From an uncultured Planctomycetota bacterium (GTDB taxonomy: Bacteria > Planctomycetota > Planctomycetia > Isosphaerales > Isosphaeraceae): a stretch of 64,000 nt of DNA. Shown piece by piece: positions 40,584 to 51,700 of this stretch (positions within the stretch are counted from its first letter, which is position 1; each line of letters starts with the position of its first letter). The translations under genes were made by a program, and so were the position numbers. The stretch lies in assembly GCA_963823665.1 (NCBI GenBank), contig CAWGMQ010000010.1, forward strand, positions 384,001-448,000, read 5' to 3'. The notes beneath the pieces are model-generated. The model ran no database searches. It had not been told where the DNA came from and worked only from the letters and a program-made list of their open reading frames with translations.

Positions 40584-41879
40584 ATGCCGACTATCCCAAA
40601 GACACGCTGGCTACTGGTTCTCTGCCTGCCCGCGCTGCTTACCCCCATTACCCACGGCCAGTCCGTGGCGAAAGTAACGCCACAGGAAGCCGGGCTCTCT
40701 TCTACGGCGCTACAGCAGATCGATGTTCTGCTCGAGCAAGCGGTCGACCGCAAACAAGTTGCGGGAGCGGTGGCCCTGCTCGCTCGCGACGGAAAGGTCG
40801 GTTACCTCCGGGCAAAGGGTTTTCAGGATGTCGAAGCTGGCAAGGCGATGACTACAGACACACTCTTCCGCATTGCCTCGATGAGCAAGCCGGTGACCAG
40901 TGTCGCCGTCATGATCCTGGTTGACGACGGCCGGCTGACGGTTACCGATCCGGTGTCCAAGTATCTTCCCGAGTTCAAGAATCCGAAGGTGCTCTTGCCG
41001 GGATCCGGAGGCGATTCCAAACTGGTTCCGGCCAGCCGGGAGATCACCATCCACAACCTGCTGACGCACACCTCGGGCCTTACCTATCGCTTCATGGCGC
41101 AGAAACCTTTCGATGAACTCTATCACAAGGCCGACATCTGCGACGGGCTTACTCGGCCCTCCTTCACGTTGGCCGAGAACGTGCGTCACCTGGCCTCATT
41201 GCCGCTCGTCCATCAGCCGGGGAGTGCCTTTCAATACAGCCTGTCGACCGACGTGCTGGGCAGGCTGGTGGAGGTGATCTCCGGCCAGGATCTTGAATCT
41301 TTCATGCGCAGACGGATCTTTGAGCCGCTCGGCATGAACGACACTTACTTCGATCTGCCTGCCGACAAGACCAGCCGTCTCGCCGTTGTTTACGAACCGG
41401 GACCGGACAAGCGCATCCGCCGCCTCGGCGAGGAACCGGTGCAAAAGGGGGAGCTCGTTTACTGCGTTACCTGCCCCTACCGAGGACAGTGCGCCTACTG
41501 TTCCGGCGGAGCGGGCCTGACTTCGAGCGCTGCCGATTACGCTCGCTTTCTCCAAATGCTCTCAAACGGCGGCCAATGGAACGGCACTCGCATTCTCAAG
41601 CCGGCAACCGTCCGGGAAATGACTAGCAACCAGATTGGCGACCTCAATTTTATGATGCCAACTAACCGCTTCGGTTACGGTTTTGCCATCGTGACTGGTG
41701 GGGACAAGGACGAGGCGGCTTCGGTTGGGTCTTACGCTTGGGGCGGTTTCTACAACACGGGCTTCTGGGTCGATCCGGAGAAGAAACTGGTCGGCGTCTT
41801 CATGACGCAGATTTATCCCTCGGAGCAGCCCGGGTTGTATGGCGATTTCATAAAATTGGCTTCTGCGGCGACGCAGTAG
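40584..41879 (+). CDS. Secreted serine hydrolase, beta-lactamase (class C-like) family
   Basis: Signal peptide, FRIASMSK (SxxK), LLTHTSG, FQYS, WGG. Confidence 0.9.
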   Translation: MPTIPKTRWLLVLCLPALLTPITHGQSVAKVTPQEAGLSSTALQQIDVLLEQAVDRKQVAGAVALLARDGKVGYLRAKGFQDVEAGKAMTTDTLFRIASMSKPVTSVAVMILVDDGRLTVTDPVSKYLPEFKNPKVLLPGSGGDSKLVPASREITIHNLLTHTSGLTYRFMAQKPFDELYHKADICDGLTRPSFTLAENVRHLASLPLVHQPGSAFQYSLSTDVLGRLVEVISGQDLESFMRRRIFEPLGMNDTYFDLPADKTSRLAVVYEPGPDKRIRRLGEEPVQKGELVYCVTCPYRGQCAYCSGGAGLTSSAADYARFLQMLSNGGQWNGTRILKPATVREMTSNQIGDLNFMMPTNRFGYGFAIVTGGDKDEAASVGSYAWGGFYNTGFWVDPEKKLVGVFMTQIYPSEQPGLYGDFIKLASAATQ

Positions 41880-42350
41880 TTCTCCTTGGTGAACACGAAT
41901 GGCTTACCGAGAAGGATGTTGTCGCCCTCGATCTCGGTCTTGCCGAGCCGGCCGGCGTCGCGAAGCCCCTGAGATGGCCGCGATGTGGCACAGCACACAA
42001 TGGAGGAACTGGCGCACCCCCGCGCCGGGATCGTAGGGTTCGCCAATCGCTTCCCGCCACGGCTTTGATCTCATGGGTCGAGAGGGTTGCCCGCAGCCCC
42101 TCGTGCTTACTCGTCAATCGTTTAACGCTTACGATTACCCGTAAACGGCATGATTTTGCGGGTTTTTGTTGACTTAGGCTTTTGCGTCGGTTATTGCTGC
42201 TGCGTACCGACTCTTCCCGTGTTCGATTCGGGTCGGCAACGGAAGCGGGCGGATCGACCCTTGCCGCCGGTGGGATGAATCCATCGCGCGATGCGCTCCG
42301 CGGCTCCCTGTCACAGGCTTTGGCGCGCTGCTTTACCGGATTCCGAGCCG

Positions 42351-43369
42351 ATGCCTTATATCAACGTGCTCTTCTGGAACATCGAGAACTACGGCACTTC
42401 CAAGCACAAGGCGTCGAACGGGGGCAAGGAGCTTTACGCCTTCATCGTCGAGGTTCTCAAGCGGAACGAGGTGCACATCGCAGGCTTCGCCGAAATCCGC
42501 TCGAATCTCGGCGCAGATCGGCGCTGATCTCAAGCAGAAGCTCAACACCGCAATTTCCGGCTCATCGTGGGAGTACAAGGATAGCGCCCAGTTCGTGCCG
42601 AAACGCCTGGAGCAGTACCTGTTCCTGTACGACGAGAGAAAAGTCAAGGCCTACGGGGCCACCAAGTTCCAGCATGTGTTCAAAGACCCTGCCGATCAGT
42701 CGGTGCTGGGCTTCCCGCGGAAGACGAAGGACCGGCCGCCGTACCTGGGCTACTTCGAGACGCAGGACGCCAAGAAGAAGAAGATCGTGGTCGGGATCAT
42801 GCACTCGCCCAACCCATCGGACAAGAAGGGCGTCAAAGAAGCGCCGCAGAAGATCGCCTTGATCGACGAGTTGAAGTCAGGCGACGTCTGCGTCGTCATG
42901 GGCGACTTCAACGTCAAGGCGGTGTCCGACCACAGATCGCCTAATTCGGTCGGCGAAGCCGCCTTCCTGAACCTCGTCAACAAGGGATTCGAGCAGCGCC
43001 TGCTTGACGATGTTCAGTCCAGCCTGATCAACAAGAAAATGGCTTTTGCCGGGATGGAATATGACGATTGCCGGAGCCAGCCGTACGACCAAATCTTCCT
43101 GTACGCCGCCCACGACCGGCCGTTTCACCGTGGGCGATGACGACGACGGGATTGACGCTTTGATCGACAACTGTTCAACCATCGCCCCCGCGGGCTCGAC
43201 CACGTCCGCGAATTCTGACACGTATCTCATGGAGCCTTTGAGGGCGATCCAAAACATCAATTATGGCGAGAGCGAAACTGAGTATGACAACGTCGAGGAT
43301 GCGTTCGTCGCTTTTCGCGGTTATGTGAGCGACCACTACCCGGTTTTCATCAAGCTAACGTACCCGTGA
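42351..43369 (+). CDS. Endonuclease/exonuclease/phosphatase (DNase I-like) protein; two apparent frameshifts (~42510, ~43110)
   Basis: Joined frames give LFWNIEN, GFAEI, EQYLFLY, RPPY, MHSP, VMGDFN, YDQIF and VSDHYPV, the full EEP motif set. Confidence 0.8.
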
Positions 43370-43425
43370 ACGTCCGGTTGTCGAGGAGAGTTTCCGCCTG
43401 CTCCGCAACCGATCACGAGGGAGCC

Positions 43426-44498
43426 ATGCGCCCGATCAGAACCGACCCGGCCCCGGCCACGTACAGCGAGCAGGCTCAGCTCGACCGCCGGGTCGTGCTC
43501 GTCGAAGGAACCGGGAGCGGTAATGCAGGCTCGAAGAGGCAAAGGAAGTCACAATCAGCTCGCGACTCGACGCGATTGAGACGGCGATCGCCCAGCCTCG
43601 TTCTCGCGACGAAGATATTCCGAATATGGCGAAGGACCTCACCGGATACGAGGCGGCCACGCGTCCCCTCATCACGCAGACGGGCCCCTATTGTGCTTAC
43701 TGTGAGGCACGCGTGGCGTCGGACCTGCGAGCTGAGCCGGTGCTGCCTGTCACCGCGTATCCAAAGAAACTGTTCGCCTACGACCGCCTGCTCCTCGCCT
43801 GCCCGGCGTGCCGGAACGCGCGGCGCCACCGGCCTGCTCGCAACGAAGGCCAATCCGACCTCGAGCTGCTGAACCCCGCGCGATTCGCCTGGCCCCATCG
43901 GTACTGGCAAAGCCTTCACGACGGCGACCACTTGCCGTTTTGCTATCGGCTCGACTTCGAAACCCCGGCCGGCGGAACTGCCTTGCCCCCGGAGGACGAT
44001 CTGGTTCACGAGTACCGCTCCGGTCGCGTGTGGGTCGAGCGGTCCGAATCCCTGGACCGCGGCGCAGTGATGCTGGGTCCGCCACCGGATCAGTTCGAGG
44101 ACGACGACGACCTCGCAGATCGGCCGCGACCCAAAGCGATTGCCGTGCGGATCATGCCGACGGATCCCAACTCGGCCCTCGGTCGCGGCGTGGCCGCAAT
44201 CATCGACCTGTTCAAACTCAACGATAAACTGACCGACCCGTCCGGCGCGCCAAACGCCCTCGACCGTCGCGTCGAGCTCCGCACGATGGCTTATGTCCGC
44301 GCCGTCGACTTTCGGTCCCGCCTGTCCTCAGCCCAGCAGCGCGGCGAAACCAATCTCGAGGCACGGATCAAGGAGCTCGTGAAGGACGCAGCCCAGGCAA
44401 CCGGATTCTGGGGGGTGTGGATGAGCGTCTTCCGCATCGATCACGGCTGGCTCGACGACCTGCTGCCCGGGACTGCGCTGCGTACGTGGGCGCCCTGA
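43426..44498 (+). CDS. HNH-type zinc-binding protein 1, apparently catalytically degenerate; one apparent frameshift ~43560
   Basis: MRPI start after GAGGGAG. GPYCAYCE, LLLACPAC, FAWP, LDRRVELR, ATGFWGVW. AEPV where EH(I/V) is expected. Confidence 0.7.
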
Positions 44499-44579
44499 CC
44501 AGGGCCAGGAACCCGACGGTTCGCGCGATCGCCCGGAGTGATGCATGGTCCAGGTTCTCTCAACACACGAGACTTCCCG

Positions 44580-45776
44580 ATGCGACCCATCATGAAGGTG
44601 CCCATGGGGCTGCTATTGAAGTCGGAGACCCGCGACGCATTGCGCCACATGTTGCTCGAGTCGGTGGGCCCCTACTGCGCCTACTGCGAGTCGCCGATCG
44701 GGACCGATTTTCCCGCCTCGGTCCCAGACCCTGAGTTGCCAGATCAATCGATCCCCTCGGTACGCGTCTCGTGGGCGGCGCCCTTGAATCCGGTCGACGT
44801 CCATCAGAAGAAGGTCCGGGGAAGGTTGAGCTCGCGGCGGTTCTCCGCGGCCTGGGTCAATCAGCACGTCGCCTGTGCCGCGTGTGCGCGGGCGAAGGGG
44901 GACGAGCCGGGGATGGTGGCGGCCTACCGGCGGCTCGCAACGACCAATGACCAAAAGTTCCAAGAACTGGCGCTCAAGCTGGGCAACCGGCGTTCGTACA
45001 CTGAGGACGACTTCGACGACTTGTTCATCGCCGCCCTGCAGTCGTGGGTTTGGCCCGACACATCGAGCGATGAGGACGGCATCATCGTGCGCGTGGGTGA
45101 CCCGACCTACGACCTGTTTACCTACAGGGAAGAAACCGTGAGCCAGGTGGATCTCGCCGGACGGCGACTGGTGCGAGGGGGCCGGCTGCCCGCGGGCGCC
45201 AACCAGCCGTGCGCCGGCGTGTGGGTCATCCCGAATGATTCGTATATAAACAATCAAATGGACCACGATGACCTGCGCGATCGCGTGGTGTCGACGATCC
45301 TCGGGTTCGACCTGAACCGGTTCGACCCGACGTCGCTCGACCGCCGCGTCGAGAACCGCACTCTGGCGCTTCCTGTCGTCAGACGCAGTCTCGACCGCCT
45401 CAGGGATGTGGTGAGGTCGACCCCGAGGGACCAGACCGATCGCGACAGCGATCTCGACCATGTAAACGTAGAGGTTTTCGCCGGTGCGCTGCGCGAGACG
45501 ATCCGTGCCACCGGCTTCTGGACCATGTGGGCACAGGAGTTCCAGAAGGGGATCATGAGCCTCGCTGATGATGTCTGGCGGCTCTACACCGTCCCTGCGC
45601 GCCACCGCCTCCTGTACCGCATCTTCGTGCAATACGAGGAAGACAACCGCACCCTGTTCAACCGGCAAGCGTACCGGCCAACGAAGGCTTCCCCGATCCC
45701 GCGCGACGTACCAAAGGACGAGATCGTGTTCCAGATGGTGCTGGCCGGCACCGATCCGGAACGCCTCGACTTCTGA
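44580..45776 (+). CDS. HNH-type zinc-binding protein 2 (paralog of the previous gene)
   Basis: MRPI start. GPYCAYCE, VACAACARAKG, WVWPD, LDRRVENR, ATGFWTMW. Confidence 0.75.
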   Translation: MRPIMKVPMGLLLKSETRDALRHMLLESVGPYCAYCESPIGTDFPASVPDPELPDQSIPSVRVSWAAPLNPVDVHQKKVRGRLSSRRFSAAWVNQHVACAACARAKGDEPGMVAAYRRLATTNDQKFQELALKLGNRRSYTEDDFDDLFIAALQSWVWPDTSSDEDGIIVRVGDPTYDLFTYREETVSQVDLAGRRLVRGGRLPAGANQPCAGVWVIPNDSYINNQMDHDDLRDRVVSTILGFDLNRFDPTSLDRRVENRTLALPVVRRSLDRLRDVVRSTPRDQTDRDSDLDHVNVEVFAGALRETIRATGFWTMWAQEFQKGIMSLADDVWRLYTVPARHRLLYRIFVQYEEDNRTLFNRQAYRPTKASPIPRDVPKDEIVFQMVLAGTDPERLDF

Positions 45777-45788
45777 GCGGAACAATCC

Positions 45789-48700
45789 ATGGCCGATATC
45801 GACCCGTCCAGCCCGTTGCTCCTCGCGCTTCGCAACCGCCTGAGGGCCAAGGGCACCGCTTTCGAACTCGGTCCCGAAGTCGTCCAGTCGCGCAATATCA
45901 CCTCCCAGTTCCGTGTACTACTTGGTGCTGCCGGCGACAAGCTCGGCGTGCGGGACGCGGCCCCGCCCGCCACCACGGCGGCCTCGGTAACGCTTACGGC
46001 CACGCTCGACCTGGCAGGCGTCACCGGCGGGCAAGGGACCTTCGTGTTCACCGTGCGGCGGTCGGTCTTACAGCTCGACCTGACGTATCGAATGGGCACG
46101 CGCACGATTGCCCAGCTCAAGGCCGCGAAGCTCGTCCCCGACGACATCTTCAAGGCGGGCGCGGCGGCGCGAGCACCTGGGCAGACAGTCTGGTCGCGAT
46201 CGACGGGGCCGTGCTCCAGCTCGACACCGCCGGGCGTTCGCTGACCGTGACGAGCGAAGGCAACGGACCGACCTGGTCCGTGGTTGTCCTTCCCGGCGTC
46301 ACGCTCCCTGCGGTGAAGCCCGACTTCCGGGTGTTCTCCGACCACGCCGCACGGCCAAACCGATATGTGCCCCGCGTGACGGCGAGGATCGACCTCGGTC
46401 TGGCCGGGAGGCTGCCACTGCCGGTCTACCTCCAACTTCCCTCCGGCTACGCCCCCTGGGAGCTCGGGCTTACCGAAAGCTGGTACGTCGGCAACATCAC
46501 CGACCTCGCCAAGCTCTTCGCCGGCCGGAGCCCGGAGCTGCCGGACGGTCTGGTGAGCCTCGGCCAGGTCACGCTCGAATCGTTCACGATGACCCATCCG
46601 CCGGGGGTCGATATCTGGACCTGGGACCTCGCCGCCAAGCTCGGCCGCGTTCCGGACCAGCCCGGCTCGAACGAGCCGCGCTGGTCGATCATCAAGGACA
46701 AGTTCGAGCTCGAAGAGCTCCGCGCCTGCGCTGCACGTCGCCGTGATCGGGACCGGATCTGCTTCGAAAGCGATCACATCCGGATCGGTGTCGGCGAAAT
46801 TCAAGCTCGACACGCTCGACCCGATCGACGCCATGCTCAGCATCCCCGGCTCCGACGGTGGCTGGACACTCGTCGCCACCACGAAGCAATCGCTCCGACT
46901 GGAGCAGACGGCCCCGCTCCTCGGTGGCGACCAGAATGCCCTGAAGTCGAGCGTGGACACGGTTGGGAGCACCGGCGGGTTCACGCTCGAACGGCTGGAG
47001 ATCTCGTTCAAGCCGGCTTCGGACCCTTCGCAGTTCGTGCTCTCGCGGCTCGTGATCGCGGCCTCGGTCACGTCGTGGACGGTGCCACACCAGAATTGGT
47101 TCCGGGTGAAGGGCATTTCAGCACGGCTCTTGGTTCTGAACCCGACCCGCGCCGACAGCGTTATTACCGGTGAGCTGTGCGCGATTCTGGCGCTGGGCTC
47201 TGTCGAGGCTGGCGTCCTGGCGTCGTTCGACCGCGACGCCGTCTGGAAGCTGAGGCTTGCCGCGCGGGCGGTGAACCTCGCCGGGCTGAGCGACCTGTCG
47301 GACCTCGTTTCCGAACCCACGATCAAGGGCGACGACAACCTTCCAGCCGAGCTCCCGACCTCCGGCGGCTTCCGCATGGGGGCGTTCGGCTTCAGCTACG
47401 ACAGCCGGAATGAATACTTCCCGGAGATCGCCTTCGCCCTCCAGAGCGAGCTCGGCTGGACGATCGTCCCCGACGTGCTCGAGCTGGGCGGCATCGACAT
47501 CGCGATCGAGGTCAAGCAGACAAGTAAGAACGCCAAGCCGGAGGTCAGCGGACATGTGAGCGGTTCGTTGACCCTCGCCGGGGTCCCGATTCGGCTGAGC
47601 GCCGACAAGCCGAAACTGGGGGGCCCCTGGACGTTAACCGGCCGACTCGAACGCGAGGTCAAGATCGACTTCAACACCGTCCTGCGCGAGCAGGTGGCGC
47701 CCGACTACTCAATCCCCGCCGGCTACCTTCCCACGTCCCTGTCGATCCGCGCAGCCGAGGTCACGCTCGTCCCCTCGACGCGTGAATTGGAGTTCACCGG
47801 CGCCGCGATGATTGAATGGCCGTTCAACCTCGGCGCGGCGCCGTTTCAGGTCAAGTCGCTGGGCGGAGCGATCCGCCGCGCCGTGGGCCCCGGGGGAATG
47901 CAGACCAGCGGCGAGCTGTACGGCACGATCGCCTTGAGCAACAGCCTCGAGGGCGACGCGACCGTTGCGCTTGGAACGGCGGGCATCGACACGGTCGTCC
48001 AGGTCACGCTGCGGAGCACCGCCGACTCGTCGCAGTTCCGGGTTGGCGCGGTCGCCGAGAGTCTGAGCGGCACGGGAGCGAACGCCCCGGCCGCGTTCGC
48101 AGCTCTGGTGCCGGCGGCCTTGCCGACGGAACTGACCGGCGTCGCCGTATCCATCAATTTGACAAAACGCGTTTACCTCGCCACGGGAACGCTGAAGAAC
48201 TTCGGGTGGGCCTACTTCTTGTACCAGGGAGCGGACGCGCCGCGTCCGCCGGGGGGAGGAGGTACGGGACCTGCGGCAGGGGCCGCGACTGCCACGGGCG
48301 GCTCGGGCTACCTGTTCGCGGCCGGCCTGGGAGACAATTTCAAGTTCGAAAACCTGCTTTCGGGGCTGAAGGGCGTGGACGAAGTGATCTCCGTGAAGGA
48401 GGCGATGCTCGCCGTGTACGCGGCGCCGGGCGGAGCTTTGGAAACGCTGAAGCAAGCGGTCCGTCCATTCGAGAACCGATCCGCGCCGATCCGCTGGCCG
48501 CTGCCCGAAGAGTCTCCGCTCGGGACGGACCTCCCGAGAGAGCGCGGGTTCGTGCTCACCGCCGCGATCGACATGCGCCCGGAGAAGAACAGAGACAACC
48601 TCTTCGAAAAAGTACTTCGGATCGGAACTCTGGGCGCCTCCGACGTGCGGCTGCTGGCGCTCGTCAACCGCGACGCGCCGGACCAGAGCGTCTACAGCGT

Positions 48701-51700
48701 GAGCCTGCACGACATCACGATTCTCCAGAATATGATCACGCTGACCGGCGTGGTGGCGACGTTCCGCCCCGCGAAGAAGGCCGAGCTGACGCTGGCGGTC
48801 GCGATTCTGGTCGAGAAGATCTTCGACAATAACTACCGCTTCCAGGGCGAGCTGAAGCTGACTTCGACCAATATGATTGGCCGGATCAGCCTGCTTGCCA
48901 CCGGCACGCAGAAAGTGACCGAACCGTTCAAGCTGCCCAATATCACGATCGACAGGCTCGAGCTCGGCGTGGAACGGACCTTCGGGGCCCGGGTCAACGG
49001 CCAGGTGACGGACCCGGCGACGCGGTTCGCCCTGTGGGGCAAGGTGCTCTTGGGCGCTCCACCCGCGACGGGGGCGCAAGATCAACGCCCTGCCTTCGAA
49101 GCCAAGCTCGCCCTCGCACAGGGCAAGCCGGCGCTTTTCAGCGTCGCCCTCACCAGCAATCTCGACGTGGGCGCCCTGCTGGCGCAGTGCTTCACGGGCG
49201 ACGCCAGGAACTGGCCGGCCGATTTCATCAATATCGTCTTTCTTAATGGCAGCCGCGTCTATTACTTCAGTGAAGTCGAAGGCTCGGAAGCCTGGAAGAC
49301 CGAGCCCGCCGTAGGGAACGTGCCGGCCGTCACGTACAAGCCGGGCTTCAACGTCGACGCACATATCGTGCTCAAGCTGGTCGAGGATATCCCGCTCCAC
49401 TTCACGCTCGAGTCGGTGCCCGGCGCCGAGGGCAAGCCGGGGGGCGTGAAGGCGACCGTGGCGCCGGAGACGCCCATCAACCTGTTGTTCATCGAGCTCG
49501 CGAGCGTCAGGCTCGAAGGTGATAAGTATGTCGGCGGCCCGACCCTCCAGTTTGCCACCAACCCCAAGACCTTCGGCTTCACGACGGGCGTGAACTTCTT
49601 CGGCAAGGGCTTGCTCGCCGCCGACGTCGGCATCACGCGCAATGCCGCGAACGACGACACCGTGGTCAACGGGTGGATTCAGCCTGCGTTGCAACCCGAC
49701 TTCGGCAATCTGTCTTTCAAGTTCACCTATACGCGCAAGGCGGATGGTAGCAGCAGCTTTTCGATCAGCGACTGGCCGTCGTTCGATGTCGCGCAAAAGA
49801 TCATCGAAATCGCGGCTCTGATCCAGACTGCGGCCGGATCGAAGGTCGGTTGCGAAGCCCTCGCCGAACTGGTCGACAAGGCGCTCTTCAAGACCAAGTA
49901 CTCGGTTACTCCCTCGGCCAAGATGGTGGGCGACAAACTGGAATTCTCGCTCACGGTCTCCTGCTCCATGTCGATCGGGGACGACCCCGCGTTCCTGAAA
50001 TGCGACCTGCCCGAGATCAAAGTCCAGATCCCGAAGAACACGGGTTTCTCTGAGTTGCTGAACAAGTTCATCGACGGGATCCGCCAGGCCGGCCCGGATT
50101 TCGTGCAAGACCTCCTGCGGAGCCCTGATAAGATCGCGCTGTTCCTGGCGATGATGTACAAAGACGAGGCGCTCGGGATCGCGCTCAAGCTGGTGTGCCG
50201 ATCGCGCGTGAATGCGGGGGTGGCCGCGGCCGCTGGCGCGGCGGCCAAGGCGTTCGCGGACGCGATCGCCGCGGGGCTCGCATTCACCGCGGCTATTGGC
50301 GCGGCGACCGGGGTGATCGCGTCCACGCTCGCGAGCCAGGGGGACCAGCAGGGCAGCGATCAGAAGCCGGGCAAACCAACGATGCGCAGCTTCAGCTTTC
50401 ACGGCGCCACCTTCCAGGGCGGTTGGACCGCCGCCGGCGGTGCCGCCAAGTATGAGTTCAAAGTGGCCGGCCCGCAGTTTGACCCGCCGCCGGCGCCGGC
50501 CGTTGCGGCGCTCGGGAGCTCAGTGCCCGCCAATCTCGCCACGCTCGCCGGCACCTACTCTGGCTCCGTCCGCGGCGTGCGTGGTGCGGACAATGGCGAC
50601 TGGAGCGTCCCGTTGACGCTCACCCTGGAGACGCTCGCCACGCCCATCGTCCGGCTCTCGTACGACGGGACGGCGGATCTCTTGGCCGAGTGGACGCCGC
50701 TGGTGGGCGGCCCCTACACGTACGAATTGAGGCTCTTCCGCGACGGGGCTCAGCTCACTCCGCAGGACCGCACCGCCCAGACTCCCGGCTCGCAGCGCTG
50801 GCCCCTGGCCAATCTGGCAGCCGGGTCATATACGGTGCAGCTCGCCGTGAAGGGCGGCGACGGCACGCGCCTCCCGGGCGCCTGGTCGGGGCCGAGCAAC
50901 ACCGTCGTCAAGCTGGCGCCGCCAGTCGTCCAGTCGCTCTCCTACGCCAACGACCGGGTGACGGCAAGCTGGACCGCCGAGCCAATCGCGTCGGCGTTTG
51001 AAGCGCAGCTCGTCGTCGACGGCGGGACCGGCGCGGCCGCGACGCCGGCGTCGCTCTCCGGGTTGAGCGCCCAGTTCGACTCGGCGCCGCTGGCCGTTGC
51101 CACCTATCGTGCGCAGGCCCGGGCCACGGCCGCGACCTTCCCTGCGATCAGCAAAACGACCGCCGCGCCAAGCGACTGGTCGGCGCCCTCCACCCGCAGC
51201 ATCGCGAAGCTGCCGCCGACGGACGTCTGGTCGGTGGGCGTCGACCCTTACGAGGAGAGGATTGGCGCACTGCTGCGTGACGTGCCAGGGGCCGACCTCC
51301 TCCTCGCCCGACTACACGTCGAGGGTGCCGACCCGGGGCCAGCGGGTGGGGCCGAGCCGCCGACCAGGTCCGTGGGATTGCAGATCCCCGCCACCTGGCA
51401 GATCGGGCCCGCTCGCGTCGAGGGGCGCGCGGCACGCTCCGACGGATCCGCGATTGCCAGCAAGTGGACCGCAAAGACGTTGGTCCGGGTTCACGCTCCG
51501 GTGCCTGGCGCGATTTCCTTCGACCATAACACGGGGACCGCCCGTTTGACGTTCTTTTTGGTCCCTCCTCCTCCGACGAACCTCTCCGACCTTCCGAGCC
51601 GTCCGATCCTTCCTACCGCTCCGCCCGCCGCGCCCCCGCAGCGGTATTTGGTCCGGTTCTTCGTTGGCACGCCCGCGCGGCCGTTCGAGCGGATCTCCGA

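Noticed and set aside
42146..42160. Possible sigma-54 promoter CGGCATGATTTTGC upstream of the EEP operon
   Set aside because: GG-to-GC spacing is 9 nt rather than the required 10.
43426..45776. Calling the HNH pair a Septu or retron system
   Set aside because: No PtuA-like ATPase, reverse transcriptase or msr-msd region nearby.
47709..50402. 897-aa minus-strand ORF (also 45584..47377 and 52948..54072)
   Set aside because: Antisense shadows of the GC-rich giant gene. Arg-rich, no motifs.
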